64,000 nucleotides of DNA from Octopus sinensis (lineage: Eukaryota): assembly GCF_006345805.1 (NCBI RefSeq), contig NC_043003.1, forward strand, positions 15,748,001 through 15,812,000. Direction: 5' to 3'. Under the pieces are notes generated by a model that saw only the letters and a list, made by a program, of their open reading frames with translations, did not search any database and had not been told where the DNA came from. Numbering within the stretch: the stretch's first letter is position 1; every line of letters starts with the position of its first letter. This document shows, piece by piece, positions 26,850-39,039 of the stretch. A program made the position numbers and the translations under genes.

Positions 26850-26852
<3 letters not shown>
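26614..26852 (-). mobile_element. Miniature Tc1/mariner (rosa/DD41D-like) element
   Basis: TIRs cagagtgttcaaaaagtgtctccgcggt / actgcggatagactttttgaacaccctg, TA flanks. Internal remnant LWPPTSPD...FFFWG..KGPVYKNHP (frameshifted). Confidence 0.8.
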
Positions 26853-26912
<60 letters not shown>

Positions 26913-27021
26913 ATGTTTCTATCATTTCATAATATTTTCTACTCCCCTTGCCTTTCTCTCTTTTCCCCATTTCGATCCCTGATACTCGCACCTGGCCATC
27001 AGTAGACTATAATAAAATAAA

Positions 27022-27527
27022 TAAATGCTCCCTTTTAAAGCATAGTCAGGCTCATGGGCCCAGTTTCCTGGTTTCTGTGGCGTATGTGTTCTCCCCAGCT
27101 GGATGGGATGCCAGTCTCTTGCAGGATTACTTACTTTTGCCAGCTGAGTGGACTGGAGCAACGTGAAATGAAGTGTTTTGCTCAAGAACACAACGCGTCA
27201 CCCGGTCCAGGAATCGAAACCACAATCTTACGATCATGATGCTGACACCCTAACCACTAAGCCACACGCCTCCACTAAATGCGCCCTTTTAAAGCCTAGC
27301 CAGGCTCATGGGCCCGGTTCCCCGGTTTCTATGGCGTATGTGTTCCTCAGCTGGATGGGACGCCAGTCCATTGCAGCGTTACTCATTTTTGCTAGCTGAG
27401 TGGACTGGAGCAAAGTGAAATGAAGTGTTTTGCTCAAGAACAGAACGCGTCGCCCGGTCCAGGAATCGAAACCACAATCTTATGAGCATGGTGCTGACAT
27501 CCTAATCACTAAGCCACGCGCCTCCAC
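27022..27527 (-). mobile_element. Two tandem copies (254 and 252 bp) of tRNA SINE family C (OR2-like)
   Basis: Heads gtggaggcg(t/c)gtggcttagtg, B box gtttcgattcc, tgttcttgagcaaaacactt core. Junction at 27275/27276. Confidence 0.85.
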
Positions 27528-28619
27528 GTATAGCTATAAACACACACACATATTTGCATATCTGTGTATATGTGTATATGTGTGCTTAAGCGTGTATTTG
27601 TATGTTGTGTGCGTTTCTCTGTATTTTTGTTCGTCGATATTTCGATTCTGTTTGCAATGCGGGGCAAAATGGAACGCAAAGCTAAAACAAAACTAAAATT
27701 AACAACAAATAATAATTAAGAAAACAACTGAAAGTTAAACAAATATACACACAAAAAACAAAAACAAAGAAGAAATATTATTTAGAAGTAGTGCTGCAAT
27801 GATTCGGCGTATCAAAATATAAAAATAATCAACAACAAAAATAAAGCCGAATATTTGGTAATGAGATTAAGCCTGGCTTTAGTGTATATTATTTTTGTAA
27901 AAGACCTTCTGGTGATGTTTGTCGTAATGAACGAACGAAATGAAGGATGAGAGAAGAATTAGTACTTATTTTAAAGTTAGTACTTTCCATCATTAACGCA
28001 AAGTAATCGAGGAGTCGTTTGGAAATAGTTTCTTTCTGTGCCCTGCAGCTGTAGGGTGAAAGGTGAATCGAAATTCAACGATCTGATTTCAATTCCTTTC
28101 ACTTATGTAGTTAATGCTTAGGGGTTATGGCGTTGATTGTTATAATCTGATCTTTGCGTCTTATGAAAAAGAAACACAATCCGTTCTGAAATAACAATAT
28201 TTGAATCAACGAGGTCATGACCGCAACAAGTAACTAATGGTAACCAAAATTGCATCAAGTATAATACTGTTCTGTCAGAAATTTAGAAAAAAGGCGTATA
28301 AATGCATCCATTTCAAAGACTAGGGATTTCTAAATGTAGATGCGGATTCATCCGTCAGTTTCGACGATGAGCATTCACCTGTTCTATCCACCGTCTTCTG
28401 GTTAAGTATGTAAATGACTGGACAAACTACGGAGACATTTATTTGTAATGTAATTGTCAGGCCGAATGAATGTGACATGTTTGTAGCTTGGACGACCCTT
28501 TAAGTTATAGTTACTGCTCGTTTTACAGTCTATTCAATTTCACTCACAAGGCTTGGATTTGAGCCGATATTTATGCAAAAAATCTCGGTTAAATTCCACG
28601 CAACGGGCAGAAGAGGGTT

Positions 28620-28960
28620 TCTTTATTAACTCAGATTTTTCACAACATAAAAGCATTTCTCATGGAACCAACCGACAAAATGGAAAAGGCGTTGTCCCGG
28701 AGGACAGCGAAGGAGATGCACTGGAACAGCCACTCTGACTCCCTGGGCTCACACTTGCAGACTGTAGTCTCCACCCCGACAGTAGTGAGCAGGAATCTGG
28801 GGACCAAGAAAGTCGGAGGTTTCAACTGCCACAGGTTCGACACTAAACCTGTCAGAGAGCGACTGATACCATGACAATTTGTTCTTCTCAGCCTGACGAG
28901 CAGCGGAGCTTGAGCTGGTAGTTGGTGTTGTCACAGCCTGTGACATCCCAGAATCAGGAT
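28620..28960 (-). mobile_element. CRE-like non-LTR retrotransposon C-terminal (restriction-like endonuclease) fragment
   Basis: DVT...AARQAEKNKLSWYQSLSDRFSVEPVAVETSDFLGP, then (frameshift) EPRESEWLFQCISFAVLRDNAFSIL, resembling the QRGNA motif. Minus-strand AATAAA near 28625. Confidence 0.7.
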
Positions 28961-29128
28961 TGTAAGGGAAACTTGTTAAACACTCGGAAAATAATGCGCG
29001 ACACTCTTTTAATGACCGTAAGCGGCCTTATGCGACGCAAAGTTATATATTCGCCTTCTGTGAAATTTTATTTTCCTATACTATTCGACAATGTTGATGT
29101 TGTTGAGTCCCTGGTATAATGTGATGAA

Positions 29129-29303
29129 CCGTTACGTTCTGAGTTCAAATTCCGCCGAGGTCGACTTTGCCTTTCATCCTTTCAGAGTCGATAAATTAAG
29201 TACCAGTTACGCACTGGGGTTGATGTAATCGACTTAATCCGTTTGTCTATCCTTGTTTGTCCCCTCTGTGTTTAGCCCCTTGTGGGTAGTAAAGAAATAG
29301 GTA
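29129..29303 (+). mobile_element. Headless SINE family B monomer with 16-bp TSD
   Basis: TSD ggtataatgtgatgaa at 29113-28 and 29300-15. Confidence 0.85.
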
Positions 29304-29450
29304 TAATGTGATGAAGCTGACCAAAAGATTTCAATATTTTTTATCTCGTACTTGTTTTATTTATTAGACCGAGGCCATGCTGGGGCACCGCAATGAAGAA
29401 TTTTTAGTCGAATGAATCGAACCTGGTACTTATTGTTTTAAGTCTGGTAA

Positions 29451-29962
29451 TCTATATATATAAAACTGTAGTTGTGTGAGTGTCTGTCCCCTTCGATTTA
29501 GATTCCTAACTACTCCCACATTTTGCGGTGCAGTTTAACCAAATTCGGGTATCTTATAGTCGTGATTCATATCGAGCCCGTCTGAGTATTAGCGCGCCTC
29601 TACGATGAGTCTATGATTTTAAAAATAATTTAACATCATTTTTATTCCATTTTAATGCACATTTTTTCGTGTGTCGATGGGGGCGGAGTTGGCGTCCACG
29701 CTCACGCCTGCACCTGTTTGCTTCTCCCTCTTCTTCCCTCCCTCGTGAAGCTGTGGGGAAGGGAGTGTAAGGAAATCAACGCCGTAAAGCGTTGTCAAGG
29801 AGACCAGCGTTCTTTTAGAACAACGACTTCATGGCTTGAAGACACCAAAACAGAAATGGCTAAGAAAGCCCGAATTGGCATCTATAAGGGAAGTAACTCT
29901 CTAAAAATGCTTATATAGTTATTTCCCTTACAAACCCGAGCAACGCCGGGCGATACTGCTAG
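29451..29962 (+). mobile_element. Non-autonomous Helitron inserted into a SINE A tail
   Basis: A|TC start, 3' hairpin cccgagcaacgccggg, CTAG|T end. Host SINE continues ggta | ttattcta across the insertion. Confidence 0.85.
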
Positions 29963-30659
29963 TTATTCTATAAATGCATACTTTCTCTCTCTCTCTCTCT
30001 CCCTTTATATAATGTGTTTGTGTGTGTGTGTGTGAGAGTCTTTCCTGATTTTTAATCATTAGCGAGAGAAATCTTAGAATAACAGGTTCGAAAGAACGAG
30101 TAAAAGAAATGAGTTAGAAAGCGGAAATGTATGATAAACAAACTTCAAATCAAGGGGAAAATGGATGGAAACGTGAGAAAATAGAGAGGAAAATATAACG
30201 AAAATATAAATTAGAATATATTCGTCGTAAGCTTATTAAACATAATTACTAGAAATATAAATACGATAGAATTACAGAAATTTGAAATAACTGATATTAT
30301 TGTCTAAATTATGATATATGATAGAGTTTAGGGAAAGTGAAAAATTGGTATTTTCGATATATTTAAAGATGATTAGATAAGACATATGTTCGAGAACATT
30401 CTTGCTATATGTTCCTGGAGTTGCTAAGTAACGCATTAATAGAAATAACAGATGATTTGTAATAAATCAAGCTGAATGAGATTTTTGTCGATTGGAAGAA
30501 ACAAATCATTGGATATAAATATACAAAACATCTTAGAAAAGCAGAGAAAATTTTGTATAATTAGTCTGCCGGAAGTAGTGGTTTTCCTACGCATGTGTAT
30601 AAGCGTATGAACAAACATAAGTGAATATAGATACACGAAAGTACACAGACACTCAGGCA

Positions 30660-30975
30660 CGTACACACACACACACACATACACACACATATATACAAAT
30701 ATATATATTTGTGTGTGTGTATATATATATACATATGTATGTATGTTTATATATATATATATATATACACACACACATATATATATAAATATATTTATAT
30801 TATATGTATATATACATACATACATACATATATATATACATATATGTATATATATATATACATATGTATACATCTCTCTCTATATATATTATATTATTTA
30901 TATATATATATTTATGTATGTATGTGTGTGTGAAATTATGATTATGATATACATAAGATATATGTACACATATAC

Positions 30976-31040
<65 letters not shown>

Positions 31041-31065
31041 TATTATATATATATTATCAGGAGTG
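30660..31065. repeat. (CA)/(TA)/(TACA) compound microsatellite
   Basis: Direct reading. Confidence 0.9.
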
Positions 31066-31432
31066 AGAGAGTGAGAGGGAGCGAGAACAGAAGAAACAGA
31101 CCGAGAGAGAGGAGAGAGGAAGAAAGAAAGAGAGAGGGAAAGTGAGAAAAACGGCGAGAGGTGGAATAGAGAGAAGTAACTACAGGTAACTATATGATTA
31201 AAAGAATCAATACTTTCCGAGAAATGGCCCCAAAGATACACGAGATCCTCAGTGGATATGAAGTAGATATAGATATTGAATATAAATGTAGCTTATGCCG
31301 CCATCCACCCAAATAACGGCGTTAAATGATATAATTAACCGCACATTTGCATACGTATACAAAAACACTTAATCGCACGCACGTACATTGCCACACACAT
31401 CAACACGAATATGCTCTCACAGACACACGCAT

Positions 31433-31489
<57 letters not shown>

Positions 31490-31722
31490 ATATATAGAGG
31501 CTGGAAGCAGTTCTCGGTATGGTTCTAATATGCGTGTTAAATGGATGTAACACTGAAGCACACACACGCATGCACACACACACGCATGCACACACACATA
31601 CACACACATAAATATAAAAATATAAATGCACATATGTATGTATATATGAAGGTGTATCTCTCTTCCTCTCTCTCCTATATATGTATATATGTGTATGTGC
31701 GTGTTGTATATGCGTATGCATG

Positions 31723-31764
<42 letters not shown>

Positions 31765-32109
31765 TATATATATGTATTATATATGTGATGTTGATGAGGG
31801 GGATGATGATGATGATGATGAAGATGATGATGATATTAATAATAATAATTCATGGCATGCACTGCTCTCTCACTCATATATATATATATATATATGTATA
31901 TATATCATGTGCTTGTTCTGAATGCGAATTTATGTGTGTAAATAAATGTATAAATGTATTTATATATTTGTGAGTGTTTGCGCGTATACATAGATGCGAT
32001 TGTGCATGCGCCCGACTAATTATATACACAACGACACAAAATCATCGTTTGTTCATAATAGGCACAAACTCTAACATTAAAACCGACATCTAAATACACA
32101 CATTCTGCG

Positions 32110-32172
32110 ATTTATTATTATAGTTATTATTATTATTATTACTATCATTATTATTATTATTATTATTATTAC

Positions 32173-32208
<36 letters not shown>

Positions 32209-32625
32209 TATTATTATTATTACTACATTATTATTATTATTATTATTATTTCATCATCATCATCATCATTATTTTATTTATTATTATTTTCTATCATCAT
32301 CATTATATTATTATATATTATTATTATTATTTCATCATCATCATCATATCATTATATTATTATTATATTTTATCATCATCATCATTATTATTATTATATT
32401 ATTACTTTCATCATCATCATCATCATTATTATTATTATTATTATTATTATTTTTATCATCATCATCATCATTATTATTATTATTATTATTATTTTCATCA
32501 TCGTTATTATTATTATTATTATTATTTTCATCATCGTTATTATTATTATTATTATTATTATTATTGAGTGAGAGAGCAGTGCATGCCATCAAATTATTAT
32601 TATTGATATAATCATCATCATCGCT

Positions 32626-32656
<31 letters not shown>

Positions 32657-32683
32657 TTATCATCATCACCACCACCACCACCA
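32110..32683. repeat. (ATT)n/(ATC)n/(ACC)n trinucleotide mosaic
   Basis: Direct reading; contains a 25-bp retroposon 3' end at ~32565-32590. Confidence 0.9.
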
Positions 32684-32934
32684 AAATTTCGATAACATAT
32701 TTCAACCATCTGAGATATCACATCGCTTAGATTTGGAATGATATCCAAAAATGTATCTAATGATCAAATGTGCGTTACTCCGCTCTTTACTGCGTCCTTT
32801 CTTTGATTCTATCTCTCCCTCTTTCTTTTTTTTTCCCCCCTTTTCCGATTTAAAATTTTACATTTATGATTGTGATCTTGGCACCTTTAACTTTTGTACA
32901 CCATATCGGTTTTTTTTCCTTCCCCCCGTTGCAG

Positions 32935-33031
32935 TGATGCCAACAGACTTGCGTTCATACTCGTTTGATTATCTACGTAAAGGACACAGGATAGCAATTA
33001 CAAACAGTTTTTTAAACTGTTTTTCAAAAGA
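32935..33031 (+). CDS. Candidate 97-bp internal exon, unknown gene ((V)MPTDLRSYSFDYLRKGHRIAITNSFLNCFSK)
   Basis: Strong acceptor tttttttttccttccccccgttgcag and donor ga|gtaagt, with an open frame in unique sequence. Peptide not recognised. Confidence 0.35.
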
Positions 33032-33750
33032 GTAAGTGTTGCATAACTGTATATTAGAAAAGAACGTGTGTAACTCTTTGCCAGAAATTGTGGGAAATTT
33101 TAAAGTAGATTTTCTACGAAGTGTTGTAAAAAAAAAATTAATAATAACATACAGAAATTGGAAAAAAAAAAAACAATGAAGAAAATAAGTAAAGAAATTG
33201 GCGGACTTTGAGTCATAATAATTGGCATTTCTCTTCGATGCAATTTGGGAAGTCTTTTATTCATTAATCCGTGTAAAAGATGCATAAGTAATATAATTGA
33301 AGAGGAGGAAGATAATTTCAAAGGAAATATAGTCTGTCTATCTATCTATCTATCTATCTATATCTATCATACTATCTATCTATCTATCTTCTCATATTAT
33401 ATATATATATATATAATATTATATATATATATATATATAATATACATATATATATATATAGTACAAAGTAAGATAGGAGTTATGGATGTAACCACTATGG
33501 GATATCAATTATCCAATATACTATGATATAACCAATGCAATATATCGTTCAATGGTGTTCATCAATGAATTTTGCGCATTGAACAGTTTGTACGTTTTGC
33601 TTATGTATGTATATATGTATTTTTTATATTTTGCTTATGTATGTATATATATATTTTTTATATATATACGTTTATATATTTGTTGTGCAAAGTTTTTTTT
33701 TATGTGAAGTCGTGTGTTGAAACAGATATTGTTATATTTCGGAATGGTCA

Positions 33751-33957
33751 TTTTGCCAGTTTAGCCAATAAAAACACACACACTATATATTTGAAATAAG
33801 AAAGAAGAAAACAAAGGGCCACTGATGCAGTCACAGGAGTGTGACGAAAGAACTCTGGCCGAAATAAGATTAAGATTAACGTAAAAAATAAATAACACTG
33901 AAGCAAAATAACACCAAATATATAGTGCGTGTGTTTTTATTGGCTAAACTGGCAAAA
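33751..33957. repeat. Inverted repeat (~43-bp arms) enclosing a hammerhead motif
   Basis: ttttgccagtttagccaataaaaacacac.cactatatatttg mirrored at 33915-33957. Confidence 0.85.
33817..33860 (+). ncRNA. Type I hammerhead motif with A9 altered
   Basis: Stem I ggcca/tggcc, CUGAUGc, stem II gtcac/gtgac, GAAA, agaact, C17. Confidence 0.6.
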
Positions 33958-33962
33958 TATAT

Positions 33963-34426
33963 ACTCTTTTACTTGTTTCAGTCATTTGACTGAGGCCATG
34001 CTGGAGCACCGCCTTTAGTCGAGCAAATCGACCCCGGGACTTATTCTTTGTAAGCCTAGTACTTATTCTATCGGTCCCTTTTGCCGAACCGCTAAGTAAC
34101 GGGGACGTAAACACACCAACATCGGTTGTCAAGCAATGGTAGGGGGACAAACACACACATATACACACACATACTCACACACACCACATACACACATATA
34201 TATATATATATAAATATATATTAATATATATATAATATATAATATAATATAAATTATATATATAAACGACAGGCTTCTTTCAGTTTCCATCTACTAAATC
34301 CACTCACAAGGCATTGGTTGGCCCGGGGCTATAGCAGAAGACACTTGCCCAAGATGCCACGCAGTGGGACTGAACCCAGAACCTTGTGGTTGGTTGGCAA
34401 GCTACTTACCGACAGCCACTCCTGCG

Positions 34427-34429
<3 letters not shown>
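33963..34429 (-). mobile_element. SINE family A, full length
   Basis: Family match. Confidence 0.85.
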
Positions 34430-34488
<59 letters not shown>

Positions 34489-34624
34489 CTATAATATATA
34501 TATGTATGTTGTATATATGTATGTATTTTTGGATATTTGTTTATTGCTTATTTGTATATATTAAGTAATAAGTGCAGCATGTTTAGTATATTAATATTAT
34601 TATTATATTTTAAAGTTAATTATA

Positions 34625-34760
34625 TCCTCTGACGTGGCCTATGGTTCTTTTAATATATAAGTATTACATTTTTTAAATGCCTACAACCCTAATATATTGA
34701 CATCTATAGGCAATGAAAATTGGATTCACTTTTGACCATAGGCTGAAACAGCTGTAAGAA
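34625..34760 (+). ncRNA. Degenerate hammerhead with long stem II insert
   Basis: CUGACGu, stem II ggcctatggt/accataggct around ~90 nt, GAAA-cagctgt-a. Confidence 0.45.
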
Positions 34761-35021
34761 GTAGTTTATGGATTTCAATAATTTATAATATGACTTTTAA
34801 AATCTGTATTTGTGTTATTATATTATCTATTGATTTATATAATATTTTGTATGCTTTTGATGTTCTCATTTGTAAAATGAATAAATAATCTAGCATTATA
34901 ATATCCGTAAGTTGAGGAACAAAACTGATTTCTTTCTCCATTTTCTTATTCGTGTGTGTGTATATAATATATATATAATATATATAATATATATATATTA
35001 TATATATATAGATAGAGATAG

Positions 35022-35081
<60 letters not shown>

Positions 35082-35101
35082 GATGGTATATAGACACACA
35101 C

Positions 35102-35140
<39 letters not shown>

Positions 35141-35193
35141 AAACATATACAATGCACACATGCATATGATTATGATAATGATGAGGATATATA

Positions 35194-35537
35194 TGGAGTG
35201 GCTGTGTGGTAAGTAGCTTGTTTCCCAACGACATGGCTCCGGCTTCTGTCCCACTGCGTGTCACCTTGGGAAAGTGTCTTCTACTATAATCACGGGCCGA
35301 CCAATGACTTATGAAGGAATTTGGTAGACAGAAACTGTATGTATTTGTGTGTCTGTATTTGTCGCTCCACCATCACTCGACAACCGGTGTTGATGTATTT
35401 ACGTCCCTGTGACCAAGCGCTGCGGCAAAAGCGTCCGATAGAATAAGTACTAGGCTTACAAAGAATAAGTCCGGGGATCGATTTGTTCGACTAAAGGCGA
35501 TGCTCCAGCATGGCCGCAGTCAAATGACTGAAACAAA
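35194..35537 (+). mobile_element. SINE family A
   Basis: Family match. Confidence 0.8.
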
Positions 35538-35586
35538 AATTTTAAGAAAAAAGAACATATATATTATATATATATATATATATATA

Positions 35587-36099
35587 CTAGCAGCATAGCC
35601 CGGCATTGCCGGGTATGTAAGAGCCCCTGGAGCAGACATGATGCTCGCTGTGAATTTTAAAAAAATTCCTGCCAATTTGTGAAAGATATTGTTGAAAATA
35701 TGTCATCTTGAATTTGAACGCGATTTCCCAAAATGGCATGATTTTATCGATTTTTTGTGATGGTGAGGTATTGCATGGAAAACTAACATCAGAATTAAGT
35801 TTCTTAGGGTAACATTAAGCTTCACCATGAGTTTGGTGAAAATCGATTGCAAGTTGCGAAAACTACAACAGAAAATGTGTTGCAAATAAAAAGCTTAGAT
35901 TCTCGCCCCATGTCGAATTTATCGATTTTTTTCAGAACTGGGGGAACTTTTCAAAATTTTCGCTGCGTTAGTTTTGAATTATGACATTGGGCTATGTGTG
36001 TGTCAAGTTTCATCAGAATCGGTTGAAAGCCGTGGTCAGGGTGAGGGTACAACCTGACAGACACACAGACAGACAAACTGCCGTTTATATATAGAGAGA
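35587..36099 (-). mobile_element. Non-autonomous Helitron
   Basis: Minus-strand TC start; hairpin cccggcattgccggg and CTAG terminus; A|T target. Confidence 0.85.
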
Positions 36100-36103
36100 T
36101 ATA

Positions 36104-36341
36104 CAAGCAAAACGCTCCCCGTCCAATGGACGGTGCTGATGTACTTGCGCGTGCAAATGCACGTTCCCACGGCGTTATCAATCACATTCTCACCTGGAAT
36201 TGATTTTTGCAATTTTTTCAAGGCCCATACACGCCCTGATACCGTCGGTATCTACACATCAAATTTGAGCGCAGTCGGATGGAGGATGCCCGAGATCCTA
36301 GAAGACACCCACCGACAGACAGACGGATTTTATGTAATAGA
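36104..36341 (-). mobile_element. Second short non-autonomous Helitron
   Basis: TC start, hairpin ccgtcc-aat-ggacgg, CTTG end (variant of CTRR). Confidence 0.6.
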
Positions 36342-36573
36342 TGTATGCATATATATGTATACATATGTATATATGTATATATATGTATACATATGTATGC
36401 ATATATATATATGTGTATGCATATGTATATATATGTATGCATATGTATATATATATATACGTATGTATATATACATATATATATATATAGGAAATTTTTG
36501 CGTAATAAGATAAAAAAAAACAAGGCTCTATGGATATTAGAACTAACTATGACTTAATTTTTCCTCTCACACC

Positions 36574-36625
36574 GTCTCCGATGAAGGGATATTATTAATT
36601 TATATCTTAGAAACAGCTGTAAGAC
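36574..36625 (+). ncRNA. Hammerhead motif, CCGAUGA (U4C) variant
   Basis: Stem I gtct/agac, stem II gggata/tatctt, GAAA, palindromic acagctgt, A17. Confidence 0.5.
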
Positions 36626-36901
36626 CTTCTATCTATAAATACTCTAATATCTAGACAGCCTTGGTTTTTATCTTATTGCGCAAAAAATTATTATATACGC
36701 ACGCTGATATAGAACCAATGTTGAACCTTTTATTCGCAATATTACCGAATCGGGAACTTAACTATGGTCTGTCTATAGCACTTATTCAGCATTACCTGAC
36801 ACCTTTGGGTCTCAATGACACTATTTCCCCTTATAACCTATATATATATATGTATAAATCAATAAATGGTGGGGTTGTGTTGACCGCACGTGGAGAAATG
36901 A

Positions 36902-37368
36902 TAGGCAAGGAAAAATTGTAAAAAGGCAGAATGCTAAATTGAAAGAAAATTTTAATGAAAATGGGTGTATGGAAAATTTTGAAAAATTGATAAAATATAT
37001 ATATATTAATTCAAACCGGTTTTCGTCATAATGTGACTTTTCAAGAATTGTAAAGAAAAAATATTTTTTTTAATGTGAAGAGGGGAAAAGAGAAAATTAC
37101 ATTGTTTTTTTGCAAAAAAATAATAATAAATATACACAAAAATTAAAAAATAGGAACTCCGATACATTGTAAAGTCTTTGTGTATCTTGAGTTTGATGAT
37201 AGTTCACGAAAAAATTACCTTGAAGTATTGAGATCCATGGGATTAAATCCATGTTTGAATTAATATATATATGTATTTTATCAATTTTTCAAAATTTTCC
37301 ATACACCCATTTTCATTAAAATTTTCTTTCAATTTAGCATTCTGCCTTTTTACCAATTTTTCCTCCTG

Positions 37369-37372
<4 letters not shown>
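36902..37372. repeat. Inverted-repeat element (~115-bp arms); MITE or Penelope inverted end
   Basis: 36902-37016 mirrors 37253-37372; lies directly upstream of the Penelope-like relic. Confidence 0.8.
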
Positions 37373-37431
<59 letters not shown>

Positions 37432-37432
<1 letters not shown>

Positions 37433-38160
37433 TGTATGTATATTACATGAACAAAGATGGGGAAATCATAGCAGAATATAACAAAACTAATATTAGACAG
37501 TATTGCAGCTCAAATTTTGTAAATACGAGTAGAAGCGATAGTGTTAATTATGAGATACTTTTTATGATGATTTCCCTGATACCTTCGGTGAAGGTAATTC
37601 CAACTGAGAAATTGATAGATACCTTTAAAATAACAGCCACTAATAATATTGATTATAATACTGCTAATAATACTGGTTTAACACCTAATTCTGAGAGTAG
37701 AATTAGTTGTAATTCCTTTAACTATGAGTGCTACATACCAGTAAATAAACGCCTTTGTAATTATAAAAGTAAAATTGTATTTCCTCTGGAAAATCATTGT
37801 CTAAGTAAGAATGTAGTATATCAATGTAAGTTAATTGCAGGGAGTTTTATGTAAAATTATATAGGTTCTTCTGCTATAATTTGAAAATCTAGATTATATA
37901 ACCATTCTTCTTCAATTTAGTTTAGAAGAAAATGTAACATTACGAAAGTTAGTAAATGCATTTGGGATTTGAATGACAGGAACATTAACTATGATATATA
38001 CTGATTCATTATTAGTTACGCTCCATCGTACATACTGCTAATTTTAAATGTGATTTTTGCCTCGAGGAAATATATTATACAGTTACGTCAAAATTAAAAT
38101 TATTTAATTGTGGAACATGTCTTACATTGAAATGTTCGAATAAATATAGAAAAGCTTTTA
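37432..38160 (+). mobile_element. Penelope-like retroelement relic, GIY-YIG endonuclease region
   Basis: CNYKSKIVFPLENHCLSKNVVYQCKL...NYIGSS...SRLYNH...SKCIWDL...KCDFCLEE; multiple stops. Confidence 0.75.
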
Positions 38161-38237
38161 AATATTTCAAAAGTGAATAACGCCTTAATTATAATTGCTT
38201 TTCATATAACTAATAAGCATATTACTATTTTTTTGAC

Positions 38238-38402
38238 AGGCGCAGGAGTGGCTGTGTAGTAAGTAGCTTGCTTACCAACCACATGGGTCCGGGTTCAGTC
38301 CCACTGCGAGACACCTTGGGCAAGTGTCTTCCACTATAGCCTCGAGCCGACCAAAGCCTTGTGAGAAGATTTGGTAGACGGAAACTGAAAGAAGCCTGTC
38401 GT
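38238..38402 (+). mobile_element. SINE family A head module
   Basis: Family match. Confidence 0.85.
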
Positions 38403-39039
38403 ATATATATATATATATATATATATTAGCAGGTTTGGAGATGATGTACAGGTATTATATATCAGAAGAAATAAGGTACGCAGGAATCTGGATGATTTTA
38501 TATTTATAGATATTTATTAAAATGTCACATGTTTTTTATAAATCATATTATAGCGCTTGCGTCCACTCAAGTGGAGTCGTCAGATTGACCTTTTTCAGGA
38601 CTTTTGACTCTTTTTATAGTATTATTGTGTGTGTAGGGGTGAAGAGAGATATAAGATAGTACAAGAGGTTGAGGAATGGGGAAAAAAGGGAGAGAGAATG
38701 CGTGTTTGTGTGTGTGTGTGTGTGTGTGTGTTTGTATCTGAAAGGAATGTCAATGGAAAAGAGAATGAAAGGAAGAAGGAAACTACCCTGTTGTTGATGT
38801 TGAAATTCCAACGAAGGAGCCTTCGATCCAGGTTAGAAACCGGCTCTTTTATCTTGAAATAAAACTGAACGATGACATACATATTACGTTCTTATGTGAA
38901 TAGATGTGATACACTTCGGTGTATGCATCGATACACCATCTCAACTACATATTTACAAACACCGGGAACTATCTTAACTCAAAATGTCTTGTCGCTTTGT
39001 TAGCGACCGGCCTGAACTCTCGCAAGAAGGACTTAAATA

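Noticed and set aside
28340-28402. Minus-strand gacggtgga/tcatcgtc-GAAAC stem; similar traces at ~12300 and ~38805
   Set aside because: Catalytic cores are too damaged to support a call.
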